Source of the DNA: Octopus vulgaris
Taxonomy: Eukaryota
DNA: 64,000 nucleotides
Assembly: GCA_951406725.2 (NCBI GenBank)
Contig: OX597826.1
Location: forward strand, 28,706,001-28,770,000
Direction of reading: 5' to 3'
Part shown: positions 39,945 through 54,597 of the stretch, piece by piece
Layout: the number at the start of each line of letters is the position of its first letter
Numbering within the stretch: position 1 is the first letter of the stretch
The notes under the pieces: generated by a model
Databases searched by the model: none
Told to the model about the DNA's origin: nothing
Seen by the model: the letters and a program-made list of their open reading frames with translations, nothing else
Program-made: the position numbers and the translations under genes

Positions 39945-40543
39945 CAAAAGCGGTGAGTTGGTAGAAACGTTAGCATGCTGGACGAAATGCTTAGTGGGGT
40001 TTCGTCTGACTTTGCGTTTTGAGTTCAAATTCCGCCGAGGTCGACTTAGCCTTTCATCCTTTCGAGCGCGATAAATTAAGTACCAGTTGCGTACAGGGGT
40101 CAATCTAATCGACTGGTCCCCTTCCCCTAAAATTTCGGGTCTTGTGCCTAGAGTAGATAAGAACATATTGCTAGTTATAAAGGCGGCGAGCTGGCAGAAT
40201 CGTTAGCACGCCGGGCGAAGCCGTTACGTTCTGAGTTCAAATTCCGCCGAGGTCGACTTTGCCTTTCATCCTTTCGGGGTCGATAAATTAAGTACCAGTC
40301 ACGCACTAGGGTCGATGTAATCGACTTAATCCGTTTGTTTGTCTTTGTTTGTCCCCTCTGTGTTTAGCCCCTGGTGGGTAATAAAGAAATAGGTATTTCG
40401 TCTGGCTTTACGTTTTGAGTTCAAATACCGCCGAGGTCGACTTCCGGTCGCGATAAATTAAATACCAGTTGCGTACTGGGTTCAATCTAATCGACTGGTC
40501 CCTCCCAAAAATTTTGGACATTGCGCCTAGAGTAGAAAAGAAT
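39945..40543 (+). mobile_element. Tandem SINE family B monomer + dimer
   Basis: Family B motifs. The 13-bp atattgctagtta occurs before, between and after (last copy has one mismatch). Confidence 0.88.
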
Positions 40544-40947
40544 ACATTGCTAGTTATACAGCGAACATTCCAGTTTAGAAACCTTCATAATAGGAACTTA
40601 TTTTGTTATCAGAAATATTTATTTGATAAGGGACGAAAAAAAAAAAAGCAAAAGAAAAATTGGAGCGGGGTGGGGAGGAATCAATGGGACTGAACCCGGA
40701 ACAATGTGACTAAGAAGCAGACTTCTTACCACAGAGCCATACTGGCTACAATTAAAAAAAAACCAGCCGGTTATTTTGCTTAAACTTCCGGGTGGTTTAC
40801 TTATCGGTATACTCACTGGATATGAACATATAAAGATACTATTGTGCGTCATGATTGGCTTGCCTGTCGTTATTTCTGGTGTCATGTCATGGTGTGATGG
40901 AGATGAGAGATAAAATGCCTTCTCTCACACTACCACTATTACTATCG

Positions 40948-41310
40948 TGGAGGCGCAATGGCTCAGTGGTTAGAGCAGTGGACACGCGGTTGTAGGATTA
41001 CGGTTTCGATTCCCAGACCAGGCGAAAACACATAAAACTCCACGTGGATCCGGCAGAGTATGGTGGCGAACCCTGCCGTACTCTTTCACCACAACTTTCT
41101 CTCACTCTTTCTTTCTGTTTCTGTTGTATCTGTATTTCAAAGGGACCAGCCTTGTCACAACTTGTGTCACAATGAATCTCCCCAAGAACTACATTAAGGG
41201 TACACGTATCTGTGGAGTGCTCAGCCACTTGCACGTTAATTTCACGAGCAGGCTGTTCCGTTGATCGGATCAACTGGAACCCTCGTTGTCGCAACCGACG
41301 GAGCACCACA
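40948..41310 (+). mobile_element. SINE family C
   Basis: tRNA-like head, body shared with 21345-21681, flanked by actattac direct repeats. Confidence 0.88.
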
Positions 41311-41524
41311 AACTATTACCAAACTATGCATGTATTTATACATGTTTGTATGTATGTAGCTGTTGATCCACCAAATGATGTAAATTATAGAACTCAATAC
41401 AAATGTAAGAGTATTCTTTAATATTTTATTACTGAAAGACTCTGATTTCCAATACTCAGAGTTTCTTCACTTCCGATCCTCAGCTGGTAAACTGCTCCTA
41501 GTTTACTTGTGAAATATCCACTGT

Positions 41525-41875
41525 CTTTTATCGTTTGCTCGTTTCAGTCATTTGACTGCGGCCATGCTAGAGCACCGCCTTGAAGTGCTTTTAGTCGATC
41601 AAATCAACCCCAGTGCTTGGTTTTCTTTTTAAAACCTGTTCCTTATTGTATCAGTCTCTGTGGCCGAAACATTAAGTTACGAAGACGTAAACAAACTAGC
41701 ATCGGTTCTCAAGTAGTGTTCGGGGACAAACATAGACACAGGCACACACACACATACGAAGGGCTTCTTTCAGTTTCCTTCTCCCAAATCCACTCTCAAG
41801 GCTTTGGCTGACCTGAGGCTATTGCAGAAGACTCTTGTGGTTGGGAAGCCAGCTTCTTACCACATAGCCACGCCG
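41525..41875 (-). mobile_element. SINE family A
   Basis: Reverse-complement family A motifs. Confidence 0.8.
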
Positions 41876-43170
41876 GCCGGCACTTGAATATTTTTTGATA
41901 CTACTACTACTACTACTAGCTGGAAACTGTGTGGAATCTTTTTGGCTAAATTATACCCTTAATTTAAGATATCAGGCTCGTCACACCCTGTCCCGCTGAA
42001 TCTCTCTGGAAATTACGTTAAGGGTGTACGTGTTTACGGAGTACTCAGCCACTTACGTGTTAAGTTAAAAATTAGGTAATCACACAGTTGATCGAACAAG
42101 TGAATTACTCATCGTCGAAATCGACGGTGAACCAATTTACCTTTTACAGAAATGCTTTGTCTAGATGTCTGGAGTCGATTGGGATGGGAAGAGTGGAAGT
42201 GGTGGTGGTGGTGGTGGTGGTAGAGGATAAGTTGTTGTTGTTGGTGGTGGTAGGTATTGTAGGGGTGACGGTGGTTGTGGCAGTGCTGGGGGTGTTAGCA
42301 GTGGTGTTGGTAGTGTTGGGGGTGCCATCGGTGGTAGAGGCGATGGTAGTGATGTTGACAGTAGTGGTGGCGGCGGTGATGGTGGTGGTGGTAGGGATGG
42401 TGATGAGGTTACAATAATTAAGAGATCTGAAGGTGCGAGTTCGGAAGATGACCGTGTAGTGGCAATAGTAGTGGTGGTGGAGGTGATGGTTGCGTTATTA
42501 ATGGTGGTAGTGGTAGTGGTGGTGGTGGTGGTGGTGGTGGTGGTGTCGATGCTAGTGTTGGTATGGTGGGGTTGGTGGCGTTAGTGGTGGTGGTGGTGCG
42601 GTGACGGTGTTGGTGGGGGTGATGATAGGGCGGAGACTCTCACAATATAAGGCGCGAGGAGGAGGAAGCTGCAGATAATGGTAGCGGCGGTGGTGGTGGT
42701 GGTGTTGATGTTAGTGGTGGTGATGGTGGTGCTGTTGGTGGTGGAGTTATTGGTTGTCATCTGAGCCACGTTGATCGTGATGGTGTTGGTGATGGTGATC
42801 GTAATGGCGGTGGTGGTGATGGTGGTGGTGGCAGTGGTGGTGGTGGTAGTGGCGGTGGTAGTAGGAGGTAGTGTGACGTTGTTGATGGTGTCAAAGTCCA
42901 CCAAGACGATGTCAAGACAATGAATTATAATGATGAAAATTGGGACATCATCTTTTATTATCATGTTTATTAATATTTGTGGGAGGAGGGGCCCTACCTC
43001 GACCCACCACTCCACTCCTCCATCTTCAAACTCCTACTTCCCCTCCCCTCTTTCTCTTCACATGTTTTTCTGTTCTTTGGGTTTTTTTCTAGGTCTCTCC
43101 TACTTCCTATCCTGGTTTCCCATCCTCCTCCTTCCTACATTGTACACCTCCACTTTCACTACTCTCCAGT

Positions 43171-43215
<45 letters not shown>

Positions 43216-43217
43216 CA

Positions 43218-43259
<42 letters not shown>

Positions 43260-43854
43260 ATACACACACGCATATACACATATCCGTGGACGCAGAGAAA
43301 CACACACACATGCACACATATATACGCTCTTTCAAACACACGCAAACACAAGCATACATCTACGCACATCCATAAATATAAACGCGCAGACAGAAATTCA
43401 CACACGCAATACACACTCACACAACCACATACACACTTACACACGCACACAGACATAAGTAAATACACTTGCCCAACACACATTCACATGCCCTTCCAAA
43501 CATACACACATACATACGCACATCCAAAAACACACTCTAATAAATACACAGTGCCGCAAGTCACACGCTTGCACACACAAACAATTCGTACATATACACA
43601 TAATTCATACGCACAGTCAAACACACCCCTACACACATAAATACACGCGTGCCCAAACATACTCCAAAACACACACGCATATACATACATATACCCGAAG
43701 AAAATCCTTCACACACACGCACAAATAAACACATACATAAGCATATACGGTATCATTTAAAATGGCCTCGAATACATAATCTGAACGGAAAAGCCTCTAC
43801 CTGGACGCAGGATATGCTAGAAACTGAAACCAAATCTTCGGACCAAATAAAAAT

Positions 43855-44310
43855 GTAGTATGACTAGGTGGTAAGAAGGTTGCTTCCCAACCGCATGTTT
43901 CCGACATCAGTCCCACCTTGGACAACTGTTTTTTTACCAAAGCTCCGGCTTCTTCCAAAGTCTGGTAAATGGATTTGGCAGACAGAAACTGAAAGAAACC
44001 CGTCATATATTCAACTACATCCTCCACACACATATGTGTGTATGTATGTTTATATGTGTGTGTGATTGTGCGTGTGTGTGTATGTTTGCGTTTGCCCTCC
44101 ACCATCGCATAAAAACCGGTGTTGGCTTCTTTATGTCTCTCATAACAAAACAGTTCGGCAAACAGAGAACGTGAGAATTAGTTCCTGATCTAAAATAATA
44201 ATAATAATGAAAAAAAGTACTCGGGCCAACTTGTTCTTCTAAATCTCTTCAAGGCGGTGCTCCTGCATGGCCGCAGTCCAATCACTGAAACAAAAACAAT
44301 GAAAGATAAC
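43855..44310 (+). mobile_element. SINE family A, decayed
   Basis: ggtaagaaggttgcttcccaacc ... gaaactgaaagaaacccgtc ... aggcggtgctcctgcatggccgcagtcc. Confidence 0.8.
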
Positions 44311-44551
44311 GAGATAAAAAAAAAATAAAAGGTAATTGGATAACATTGTCTTAGAATGACTGTTTAAAGATATCGAAGATGAGATAATGGACGCAATGGT
44401 TCCATCATTCATTAGATTTTGGCTGCTGAGAAATGAGTCTTTGTCCGGTCTACAATACCTTAGCGGATCGATAGAGAAGAGAACGATAAAATAAGAGAAA
44501 TATCACACTGCAAAATAAGAACTGCAGTCAATGTGATTCACTTAAAGCCTT

Positions 44552-44853
44552 GGAGGCACATGGCTTAGTGTTTACAGCGGCGGACTCGCGGTCGAGGGAT
44601 CGCGTGTTCGAATCTCAGACCGGGCGATGTGTGTGTTTATGAACGAAACACATAAGCTCTACGCGGCTCCGGCAGAAGGTAATGGCGAACTTCTGCTGAC
44701 TCTTTCGCCACAACTTTCTCTCACTCTTTCCTCTTGCATCTTGCAGCTTACCTGCGACGGACCGGCGTCCCGTCCAGGTGGGGAACCTATACGGTAAGGA
44801 AACCGGGAAACCGGCTCTTATGTGCCAGGCATGGCTCGAGAAGGAACAAAAAT
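44552..44853 (+). mobile_element. SINE family C' (C-type head, different tail) with 11-bp TSD, nested in an old family A tail
   Basis: TSD cttaaagcctt at 44541-44551 and 44854-44864. Confidence 0.88.
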
Positions 44854-45965
44854 CTTAAAGCCTTCAACGTGCTACATCATGGCCGGCTGCTGTCCAGTGA
44901 CTGAAATACGTGAAAGAGTAACAGAGTATAGAGCTTAGCAGCAGCACCAGCATTAGTAGTCCTGGCGGCGGCAGCGGTGGGGGTCGATGGTGGTGGTGGT
45001 GGTGGTGGTGGTTATAGTAGTAGTAGTAGTTGAGCGAGTGAGAAAGAACTAAAATCGAAATAAAGAGAACGAAAAATATATAATGAATGAAAAAGACATG
45101 AAAGAGGCAGAAGATGAGGGAAAGGGAAAAAGGAAAGAAAGAAAGCAGAAAGGAAGAAAGGAAGGAAGGAAAGAAAGTAAGAAAGAGAAAGAATGACGAG
45201 AAGGAAGGAAGAATTAAAGGAAAGCAGGAAGGAATGAAGAAAGGAGAAAAGAAAGAAAAAGGAAGAGAAAGAAAGAAAGGAATAAAGAATGAAAGAAAAA
45301 GAAAGGAAGTTAGGAAGAAAGAAAGAAAGAAAGAAAGGAAGAGAAGAAATAAGAAATAAATGAATAAAAAAGAAAGGAAGTAAGGAAAAAAGAAGGAAAG
45401 AAAGAAAAAAAGAAAGAAGAAAGTATGCTTGAAGGAAAGAAAGAAAAATGATCGAAAGCAAATGAATGAACGAATAAAGAAACGAATGACTGAATAAGCT
45501 ACAACAAAGAAAAGGTTAATGAGTAAAATAGAAAGATAGGACGAACGAAGACGACGACGACGACGACGACGACGAAGAAGAAGAAGAAGAAGAAGAAGAT
45601 GAAATGTTAAAACAACGAAGCGATGAGAAGAAACAAAAGAGAAAGAAAAAAACAAAAAACAAAAAAAAAACACAAAAGAAACGAGATATGAAAGAAAGAA
45701 GGTGAACGAGTGAAAGATCGATTGTTGTTATCAAGCGAGACACGCATCAATTATATCGATTTATGGATAGAACTGTTATTGTTGTCGTCGTTGTTGTTGA
45801 TGGTGGTGGTGGCGGCGGCGGCGGTGGTGGTGTCTGATGCTAAAATGGCTGCCCTGTTAAAACAAAAACAACAAAAAAAATGTCGTTTAGTGTAGTTGAA
45901 GTCATGCTTACGCAGTCTTTCTTCGTTCGGTTATACTTTGTACTCCGGTCTAATGTTCACTTGAG

Positions 45966-46010
<45 letters not shown>

Positions 46011-46263
46011 GGTAGTGGTGAATGTGGTGGTGGTGGTGGTACTGTTGTGGTTCTTGACTTTGGTCTATTGAAGCGATTCTTCATTATTTTTGTCTTAGGA
46101 ACCTTTAAATGATTTTCCAAAAAGGCGTGAATCCCAGACATATTTTTCCGGTCAACTCTCTACACTTATTCCGATAAAGCTTTGGCTGGTACAAAACTAG
46201 TTATAAAGGCAGAATACATACATCATACACACACACACACATATATATATATGTATGTATGTG

Positions 46264-46728
<465 letters not shown>

Positions 46729-46912
46729 AACACACACACATTAATACACAAACATAGACACACACACACACACACACACACATGTATGTATGGATGTATG
46801 TATGTATATATGTACATCTGTCCACTTCTTGCCATATTTTTATCCTTCACTTCCTACACACACACAGACACACACACACCTTCTTAGTTTACAGCATTTG
46901 AAATGATAGAGG

Positions 46913-47309
46913 GAAATCGTAAAATATTGAGTTTTCTCGAATTTTTGCTTAATTGGGGGTCAAATTGAAAGAAATTTATATGCCATAACCCAGTGGAATG
47001 TACTTCGAAAAATCATAGGTAAATTCCAATTGAAGAAATTGTGTGAGGAGTAAATCGTTATGTATTTATTTGTTTCTGTTTCCTGTGTATTTTTTTGAGT
47101 AGTGGTTTAAGGTACAGTTGCAAAGAGAAAGTAGGAGAAAGTGTGGTAATAGAATGAGTGAAGCAGTTGATATGAGAGAGGCAAATCGTAAAATATTTAG
47201 TTTTCTCGAATTTTTGCTTAATTGGGGGTCAAATTGAAAAAAATTTATATGCCATGACCCAATCGAATCTACTTCGAAAAATCATAGGTAAATTCCAGTT
47301 GAAGAAATT
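46913..47309. repeat. ~127-bp direct repeat pair, period ~269 bp
   Basis: aaatcgtaaaatatt..agttttctcgaatttttgcttaattgggggtcaaattgaaa...gaagaaatt at ~46913 and ~47183. Confidence 0.85.
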
Positions 47310-47392
47310 CTATATTGTACAATTGTATTAAAAAGAAACATAGTCACAGGCAGAGAAAATCTGCCTTTTATCATAAGAGAGATATATATATA

Positions 47393-48614
47393 CTAAGTCA
47401 TCTCATAAATGCGATATTTTTATACTTCTATTTTTTCAAAATTACGATAAAGTTCTTTTTTAATCTAAACAATACTCTCCTTCATTTTCTACAATGCTCT
47501 TCCATCTATCTGGCAGACTTGCAAGGCTCCCTCTTCTAAAATTCATTTGTCTCCGAGGTAAAATAATCCTTCAGTACTGTTCTGATCTCGTCTACAAAAT
47601 TCATATTTTTTACGTCCAAATGATTTTGAAGGCTGCAGAATAAATGATAATTAAATGGGGCAATGTCCAGCAAATATAGTGGTTGGGGCATCGTTTCCTG
47701 TTCAAACTGCTCCAGCCTTTGGAATGTCATCCTCGCTGTATGTAGCCGAGCATTATCCCGATGGAAGAACACCTTTCGTCTTGAAGCCAAAGATGATCGT
47801 TTTTCTTCTAGCGCTGACTTAAGCCGCTCAAGCTGCTCGCAGTGTAGATCTCCTTTGCTATCGTTTGATTTGGGTTTAAAAGTTCAAAGTGGACTAAACT
47901 TTTTCTATCCCACCAAATAAATAACAACACCTTACGTGGGTGAAGACTGTCTTTAACCTGGGGTGCCGGTCTTTCTCCTTTCACAACCCAATGTCTTCGT
48001 TGCTTGACATTTTTATAGAGAACCCATTTCTCATCACCAGTCACTATTCGGTCCAAAAGAGGTTCATTCGTTAGAAGTGACAGCAAACAAGAGCACACGC
48101 TCCGCTCGAGATTAGACTCGGAAAGTTTGTGAGGAAACCATTGACCCAATTTCCTAACTTTTCCAATGGCGTGCAGGTGTCGTTGAATGGTTGAATGACC
48201 AAGTTCAAGCTTCTCTGTTAGTTCCTCAACAGTTACGATGGGATTTTGTTCCACTAGGATTTGTAGGATGTCCTCGTTGAGCTCTACAGATCTTCCAGGA
48301 CGAAGCTCATCTTCTAGGCTGTAGTTTCCGGCTCGGAATTTCTGGAACCATTGACACTGGCTTACGCTTATTGTCCGATCCCCGTTGTTGCCTATACTGA
48401 ACTCATAAAGCAAAATATGCCGAATATACTTTTTTGTCACTTCCATTATAGCTTTGGAAAAATAACTGTTAGAATCGAACTGCATTCTTCAAAAGGTGTA
48501 CTAAGAATAAGGACAAGGTAAAATTACTACCTGTTTTTTTTTAGCAAGTTTATCCCGTTCGCCTCCGATTTTTAGATCATGCAATTGACAAAAGCGCATT
48601 ATTTATGGGATGAC

Positions 48615-48618
<4 letters not shown>
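47393..48618 (-). mobile_element. Mariner (DD34D) transposon, full length but defective
   Basis: ORFs 47808-48485 and 47536-47790 carry WFPHKL, IVTGDEKW, HRDNAR and YLLDIAPFNYHLF. Degenerate TIRs (ctaagtcatctcataaa / tttatgggatgacccaa) with TA flanks. Confidence 0.93.
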
Positions 48619-48655
<37 letters not shown>

Positions 48656-48869
48656 CTTTAGTTTCATGCTTTTATGGTACTTCAAATAGGCATATTTATA
48701 AAATACGCCATATTTCAGTTTCTGTTTATGCGTTGTATATACTTTAAAAACTAGGACGCTAGACAGTGGGAGTTTTAAAAAAAATGAGAAGAAACACGCG
48801 AAGAAAAACAAGAAATGACAAGAAAAAAAAGACGAAAGAAAGAAAACCAAGATCCTTGCTTTCCCTGAT

Positions 48870-49550
48870 TGAATATGAGATTTTTCTGCTACGCATAAGT
48901 TGCATTTCGTAGATCCATTTATATATGGCTTGGATTTGTCAACGATTCTGCATTTGATTGTATGTGCTGTGGAGTTGGTCTTCAAACTCCATACGTGGCT
49001 AGCCAACTTAGCTGCATTACTTTCGTCGATATGCCGGAAAAAAGGTGGTCTGCATAACGTCTTTTGAAATCGCCTTCGCATAACCCGACGTAACTCTTTC
49101 TTTCAATAAAGTTTTCTTGAAGCGTTACTGTTAATTTTGCCTTGCGTATGACCAGTAGCGGACTGGGTCTAAGAATATTGGCTGCCAGGAGACTAAGGGG
49201 GCTCACCCGCAACTACAAGGGGGGTCCACCTGCAACTACAATTTAATTTTTTTTTTCTTTTGTTAAAAGTATTCTTCTCAGCTGTCTACAAATAGCCAGG
49301 CTGAAATAATTAATGCATTCTTCCTGGAGTGAATAAAAAAATTCTCAAACTTGAGGGGATGAGTCCCTTAGATACTAACATGGGCCCCCATATATGGATT
49401 CTAATGGCGCAGGCGCCCACTTACCATCGGGCAAGCCGACAACCTGGCCAGTCCGCCACTGTATATGAAGGAGTTTGTCATGCACGCCTGGTCAGGCTTC
49501 AGGGTCTCGACAGTGACACCAGGGTGTGCCCAGTTGCATTGGGGTTGACT
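48870..49550 (-). mobile_element. Penelope-like element GIY-YIG endonuclease remnant, split by a MITE
   Basis: Reassembled across frames: QCN...ACMTNSFIY|KAKLTVT...KSYVGLCEGDFKRRYADH..FRH..SNAAKLASHVWSLK..IKCRIVDKSKPYINGSTKCNLCVAEK. Confidence 0.75.
49153..49461. mobile_element. hAT-like MITE (309 bp)
   Basis: 14-bp TIRs cagtagcggactgg / ccagtccgccactg, degenerate 8-bp TSD cgtatgac / tatatgaa. Confidence 0.7.
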
Positions 49551-49719
49551 CCTTCGACTAGAACATTTCCAAAATGGTGCCCCAGCGTGGCTGCACTCTA
49601 ATGACTGAAACAAATGATAAAAGATATAATACGTACATATACAAATACACACCTATATATGTACATATGTATGTGTGAGTGTTTGCGTGTGTGCGCGTGT
49701 GTGTGTAAGTGTATTCTGT

Positions 49720-49916
49720 AATCTTTTACTTGATTCAACCATTAGACTGTGGCCATGCTGGGGCACCGCCTTGAAGGGTTTGGTCAAAAAAGTCCACCCT
49801 AGTATTTACCTTCAAGTCGGATATTTATTCTACTGGTGTTCTTTTACCGAAACACTAAGATGCAGAGATCTAAACAAACCAATACCGCTTACCTATTGGT
49901 ATGGTGGGACAAATGT

Positions 49917-49991
<75 letters not shown>

Positions 49992-50160
49992 CACACACAT
50001 GCGATGGACTTCTTTCAGTTTCCGTCTACCAACTTTACTCACAAGTCTTTGGCCGGTCCGGGACTATTATAGAAGACATATGCCAGAGGTGCCTCGTAGT
50101 GGGACTGAACCCGGCGTCATAAGTTTGGGAAGCAAACGTCTTACTACATACTCATGCATG
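49720..50160 (-). mobile_element. SINE family A
   Basis: Reverse-complement family A motifs, internal (CA)n(TA)n. Confidence 0.8.
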
Positions 50161-50239
50161 CACCTATTTGACCCCACATTTTATTTTTGCTGTTCCATTT
50201 AATAGTAATTATTACCGCTTCTTAAAATTGGATAAAATT

Positions 50240-51292
50240 GGATAATAAACTATAAGAAAATTATGTGTTTGTTTTAAAATTTGAGATTACACAGAAAGTA
50301 TTTTACGTAGGATATGGGCAGTTCCCGTGAGTACTATTTTTTTAATTTCTGCCATTTTGGGGTTTCCTGGTATCTGAGCTAGGTAGAAATCAACCCCTTT
50401 TGCTATCATTCCTAGGACACCTATGACAACAGGAATTGTTTTAGTCATGAGGTTCCACATTTTGTCAATTTCTATTTCGAAATCTTTATACTTGCTCAGT
50501 TTTTGGTAGGTCTTGACAGGTGCATTTATATCGATTGGGACACTCATATCAATGAAGAGGCATGATTTTGTCCTGAAGTCTTTTAATATGATGTCTGGCC
50601 TATTCGCATCTATCTTTCTGTCAGTTTGAATGGTGAAGTTCCAGAGGAGTGAGATGTGATCATTTTCAAGCACTGGAGGTGGTTTGTGTTCCCACCAGTT
50701 TTTATCATGGGGCAGATCCATGTTTTTGCAGATTACCAGTGAATATATTGTGCTACTCTATCATGCCTGTTGAGATACTCTGTAGGCGCAAGAAGACTGC
50801 ACATGAAGACAACATAATCAATGGTTTCATTTTGTTGTTGACATACACGACATGTTTGGCAGTAGCCGTTCTTTAATATGTTGGCTTGGTATTTTCTTGT
50901 AGATAGGCATTTATCTTGGGCTGCTATGGTAAATTCTTCTGCTTCTGATTTTAAGCCAGAAGCCACTAACTATTAATCGATAAGGGCTTTGTCAACATTG
51001 GCACTATTAGCTCTCTTTGGGTATTATCCGTTGAGAGGTTTTTCTTGCCTTTTATCAGTCGGAATATCTAAGGCAGCAGTTTTAGCACGGGTTTTCATAC
51101 GTTTAGCCTTTTCTGTGCTTCTTTCCAGTAAGTCTAATTCTGGAATTTGTTGTATTTGGAATTCACTTAGATATTCCTTTGCCTGTTTTGTTACTGAGTA
51201 TGATGCTTTCTTGATTTAACATCCACTCATCAGAGTTTTCTAAGTGTAGGTGTCTAGGCCGATTGTAGCAATCTTCATTGTTAATTCCAGTT

Positions 51293-51293
<1 letters not shown>
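50240..51293 (-). mobile_element. 5'-truncated R4/Dong-like RLE LINE
   Basis: AAQDKCLST..CRVCQQQNETIDYV..C..YLNRHDRVAQYIHW; ANRPDIIL..IDMSVP..KLSKYKD..IPVVIGVLG..GTAHILRKIL. The 5' junction abuts (AAT)n. Confidence 0.92.
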
Positions 51294-51354
<61 letters not shown>

Positions 51355-52161
51355 TATTTATTCATTTATTTATTTATTCATTTATTTATTTATTTTTCTT
51401 TGGGATTTTTTTTCAAGAAATTCTTTCTTTCATTCTTTTACCATTTTCGAAACCTTTTATATATTCCAGTATCTATTGATCTGTTAATTTATTTATCGAT
51501 CGTCTTGTTTGTTTATTGATTTTTATCCCATCTCTTTTATAAACGCCCGTTTTTCTTGTTATTGTTGTTTTTCTATTTTTATGAGAAACAAAAACAAAAA
51601 AAATTTGCTACAATATTTTATTTTTATTTACATTTTTTAAAAAGATTTGTATTTTCTTTATTGTTTCGCCAACATTTTTTCATTCCCGACTTCTCTCTTT
51701 TAAGCTTATTCTTTTCCTTCTTTCTCTTTTTCTTTTCTTTTCTCATTTCCTTCTATTCTTTTCCTTGGTCTCTGCTTTTCTTTTTGTTTTTCATTCATTT
51801 CTCTACGTTCGAGTCTTTCATTCCTTCTTTCTACCCTTCTTCCTTTCCTTCCTTTTTCTTTCTTTCTCTCACTCTTTCTTTCACTTAATATTTTTCTTTT
51901 GTTTCTTTTTCCTATTGATCTTTCTTCCTTTGTTTTTCATCCTTTCTCGTTCGTTTTTCTTCATATTTGGGTCTTTCCTTCTTCCTTCCTAACTTTTCCT
52001 ACTTGATCTGGATTCCTCTTACCACCACACTTCACCTAACAGACTTCATCCTCGGTGAAGATTTCGGAGTGCAGGTTCAAATTATTCGAGCGCTACGAAG
52101 TGTTTTCTTTATTGAACATCTCTGGGTCCCATCTGCTGACTCTATATATATACATACATGC

Positions 52162-52259
<98 letters not shown>

Positions 52260-52453
52260 GCATGCATGTATGTATATGTTTGTGTGTCTGTGTTTGTTCC
52301 CTCAACATCGCTTGACAACCGATGCTGGGGTGTTTACGCCCCCGTCCATTGGCGGTTCGGCAAGAGAAACCGATAGAATAAGTACCAAAATAAAAGAATA
52401 AGAGAATATATATATATGTGTGTGTGTGTGTGTGTTTGTGTGTGTGTGTGCGT

Positions 52454-52491
<38 letters not shown>

Positions 52492-52529
52492 ATACACACA
52501 CGTATATATATATATATACATATATATAT

Positions 52530-52592
<63 letters not shown>

Positions 52593-52669
52593 TACATATA
52601 TACATATATACATATATATACATATAAGTTCCTGGGGATCGATGTATATATATATATATATACATATAT

Positions 52670-53015
52670 AGGCGTATGCGTGGATGTGTGGTAAGAAGCT
52701 TGCTTCTCAACTCTATCAACTTGGTGGAAGGAAAGTGAAAGAAGCCCGTCGTATATACATATATATATATGTATGTGTGTGTGTGTGTGTGTGTATGTAT
52801 CTATTTGTATAAAGCTCTATGTCTCTATCCCCACCCCCCGCTTGGTAACCAGTGTTGCTGAGTTCACGTCCCCGTAACTTATCGGTTCGACAAAACAATG
52901 CGATAGACTAAACTTTAGAAAAAAGTTCCGGGGGATCGATGTATTCAACAAAAACCCATCAAGGCGGTGCTCCAGCATGGTCGAAGTCAAATGCCTGAAA
53001 CAAGCAAAAGATAAA
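52670..53015 (+). mobile_element. SINE family A (internally deleted); further partial copy at ~52275-52400
   Basis: Family A head, gaagcccgtcg and tail. Confidence 0.8.
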
Positions 53016-53939
53016 ATATATACATATATACGCTTTATTTCCACATTACTCTAATCCTTCTTTTTCTTTCCCTTTTTCTTTCTTTCTTTCTTTTTCTTTT
53101 TTATTCTCTCTGATTCATTCTCTTCGTCTTTCTTTCTCCACTTTTCCTTTACCTCCCCCCACCACTTTTTTCCTCACGCAATTTATTATATTTCAAATAT
53201 TTTCAACATTTCTTTTACCCTTTCCTTATTCTCCCTCTCTCCCCTCTTCACTTTTCTCTTATTAACCACCCGCTGGAATACACGATCTCTTTCTTTGGTT
53301 TCTCTCATTACCATTCCTTGTCCCATTACATTCCTACAACCAATTCATTCCAAAAATCTCGCAGGATTTTAGACATAACCAAAATTCTTTAAATTCAAAT
53401 TAAAATTTTGTCACACAAGGAAAAAAAAACCGTTTTGGTCTTTCCTGACGTGCAAAAATTCCTGATAGTCGAGGATCTCTTTTACTTGTTTCAGTTATTT
53501 GACTGCGGCCATGCTGGAGCACCAATCTGTGTAAAACAACTACAGTTACATTATTGGTTATTCCAAGACGGCTTTTGATATTGCAGGCGAGGAATTTTTC
53601 ATTTGGCACCCTCAAGTTATACAGAATTTGCACTAGCAAAGACGGAGCCTCTTCGTGATTTTTGGGGAGCAGGGGAGATGCTAGAAATAAGAGCTGAAAT
53701 GTACAAAATGGCAACTTACCTAGTTTTACAGAGATTTACATACGGCTATACAGATGAGTTGGTCATGGTTGGAATGCTTTTGATTATAGTTCTTATGTGC
53801 GCAATGCCTAGGGTTAAACAACAGCTGCAACAACAATGGCAATAGCAACAAGAAATGCGTATGATCTCATAAAGGGGCCTTTGTGCACTCATTTCTCACC
53901 CGCTAGAAACACAGCCACCACCACCACCACCACCACAAA

Positions 53940-53974
<35 letters not shown>

Positions 53975-54550
53975 GTTGGAAAGCCAGCCAATGAAAAGAG
54001 TCAAAAGAAAAATATCATTTTATCTTTACTCTCCATCTTTGTGTTTCTTGTCTGACAGAATTTTTCCGTCTTTCTTTGTTTCTTTTTCGTCTTTGGCGGA
54101 AGATTTTCCTTCCTCTATGCGACGAGTTACTATTTTTTTTTCCAAATATGGATTTTTCCAATCACACACAAACGATCGTTTCTTATCCCGCTACATTTCA
54201 TAATTGGTTTGTTGGCATTGAAGTTCATGTGTATATATGTATATACATGAGAAAAGGCATAACTAATAAATAATTGAATGGATAAATAAATAAATAACAA
54301 TGTAAAGCCCAGTATTTATGACTTTTCTTGTATATCACTCTAAGAAAACATGTCAGATTCACTGGCGAATGCAACCACCGAATAACAAAGACGACTGATT
54401 TTGGAGTTCAACTTCAGGTCTCGTCTTAAGATTACCTGGAGTTCTATAAGCTGAAAAACTTTTGCTAGCCTGGTGTATTCGTATTAAAACAGAGTTTCAG
54501 AAGTATTTTGCCTGGCTTGTTAATCCCTTATTTGTAACTCTTGATGTGTG

Positions 54551-54597
<47 letters not shown>

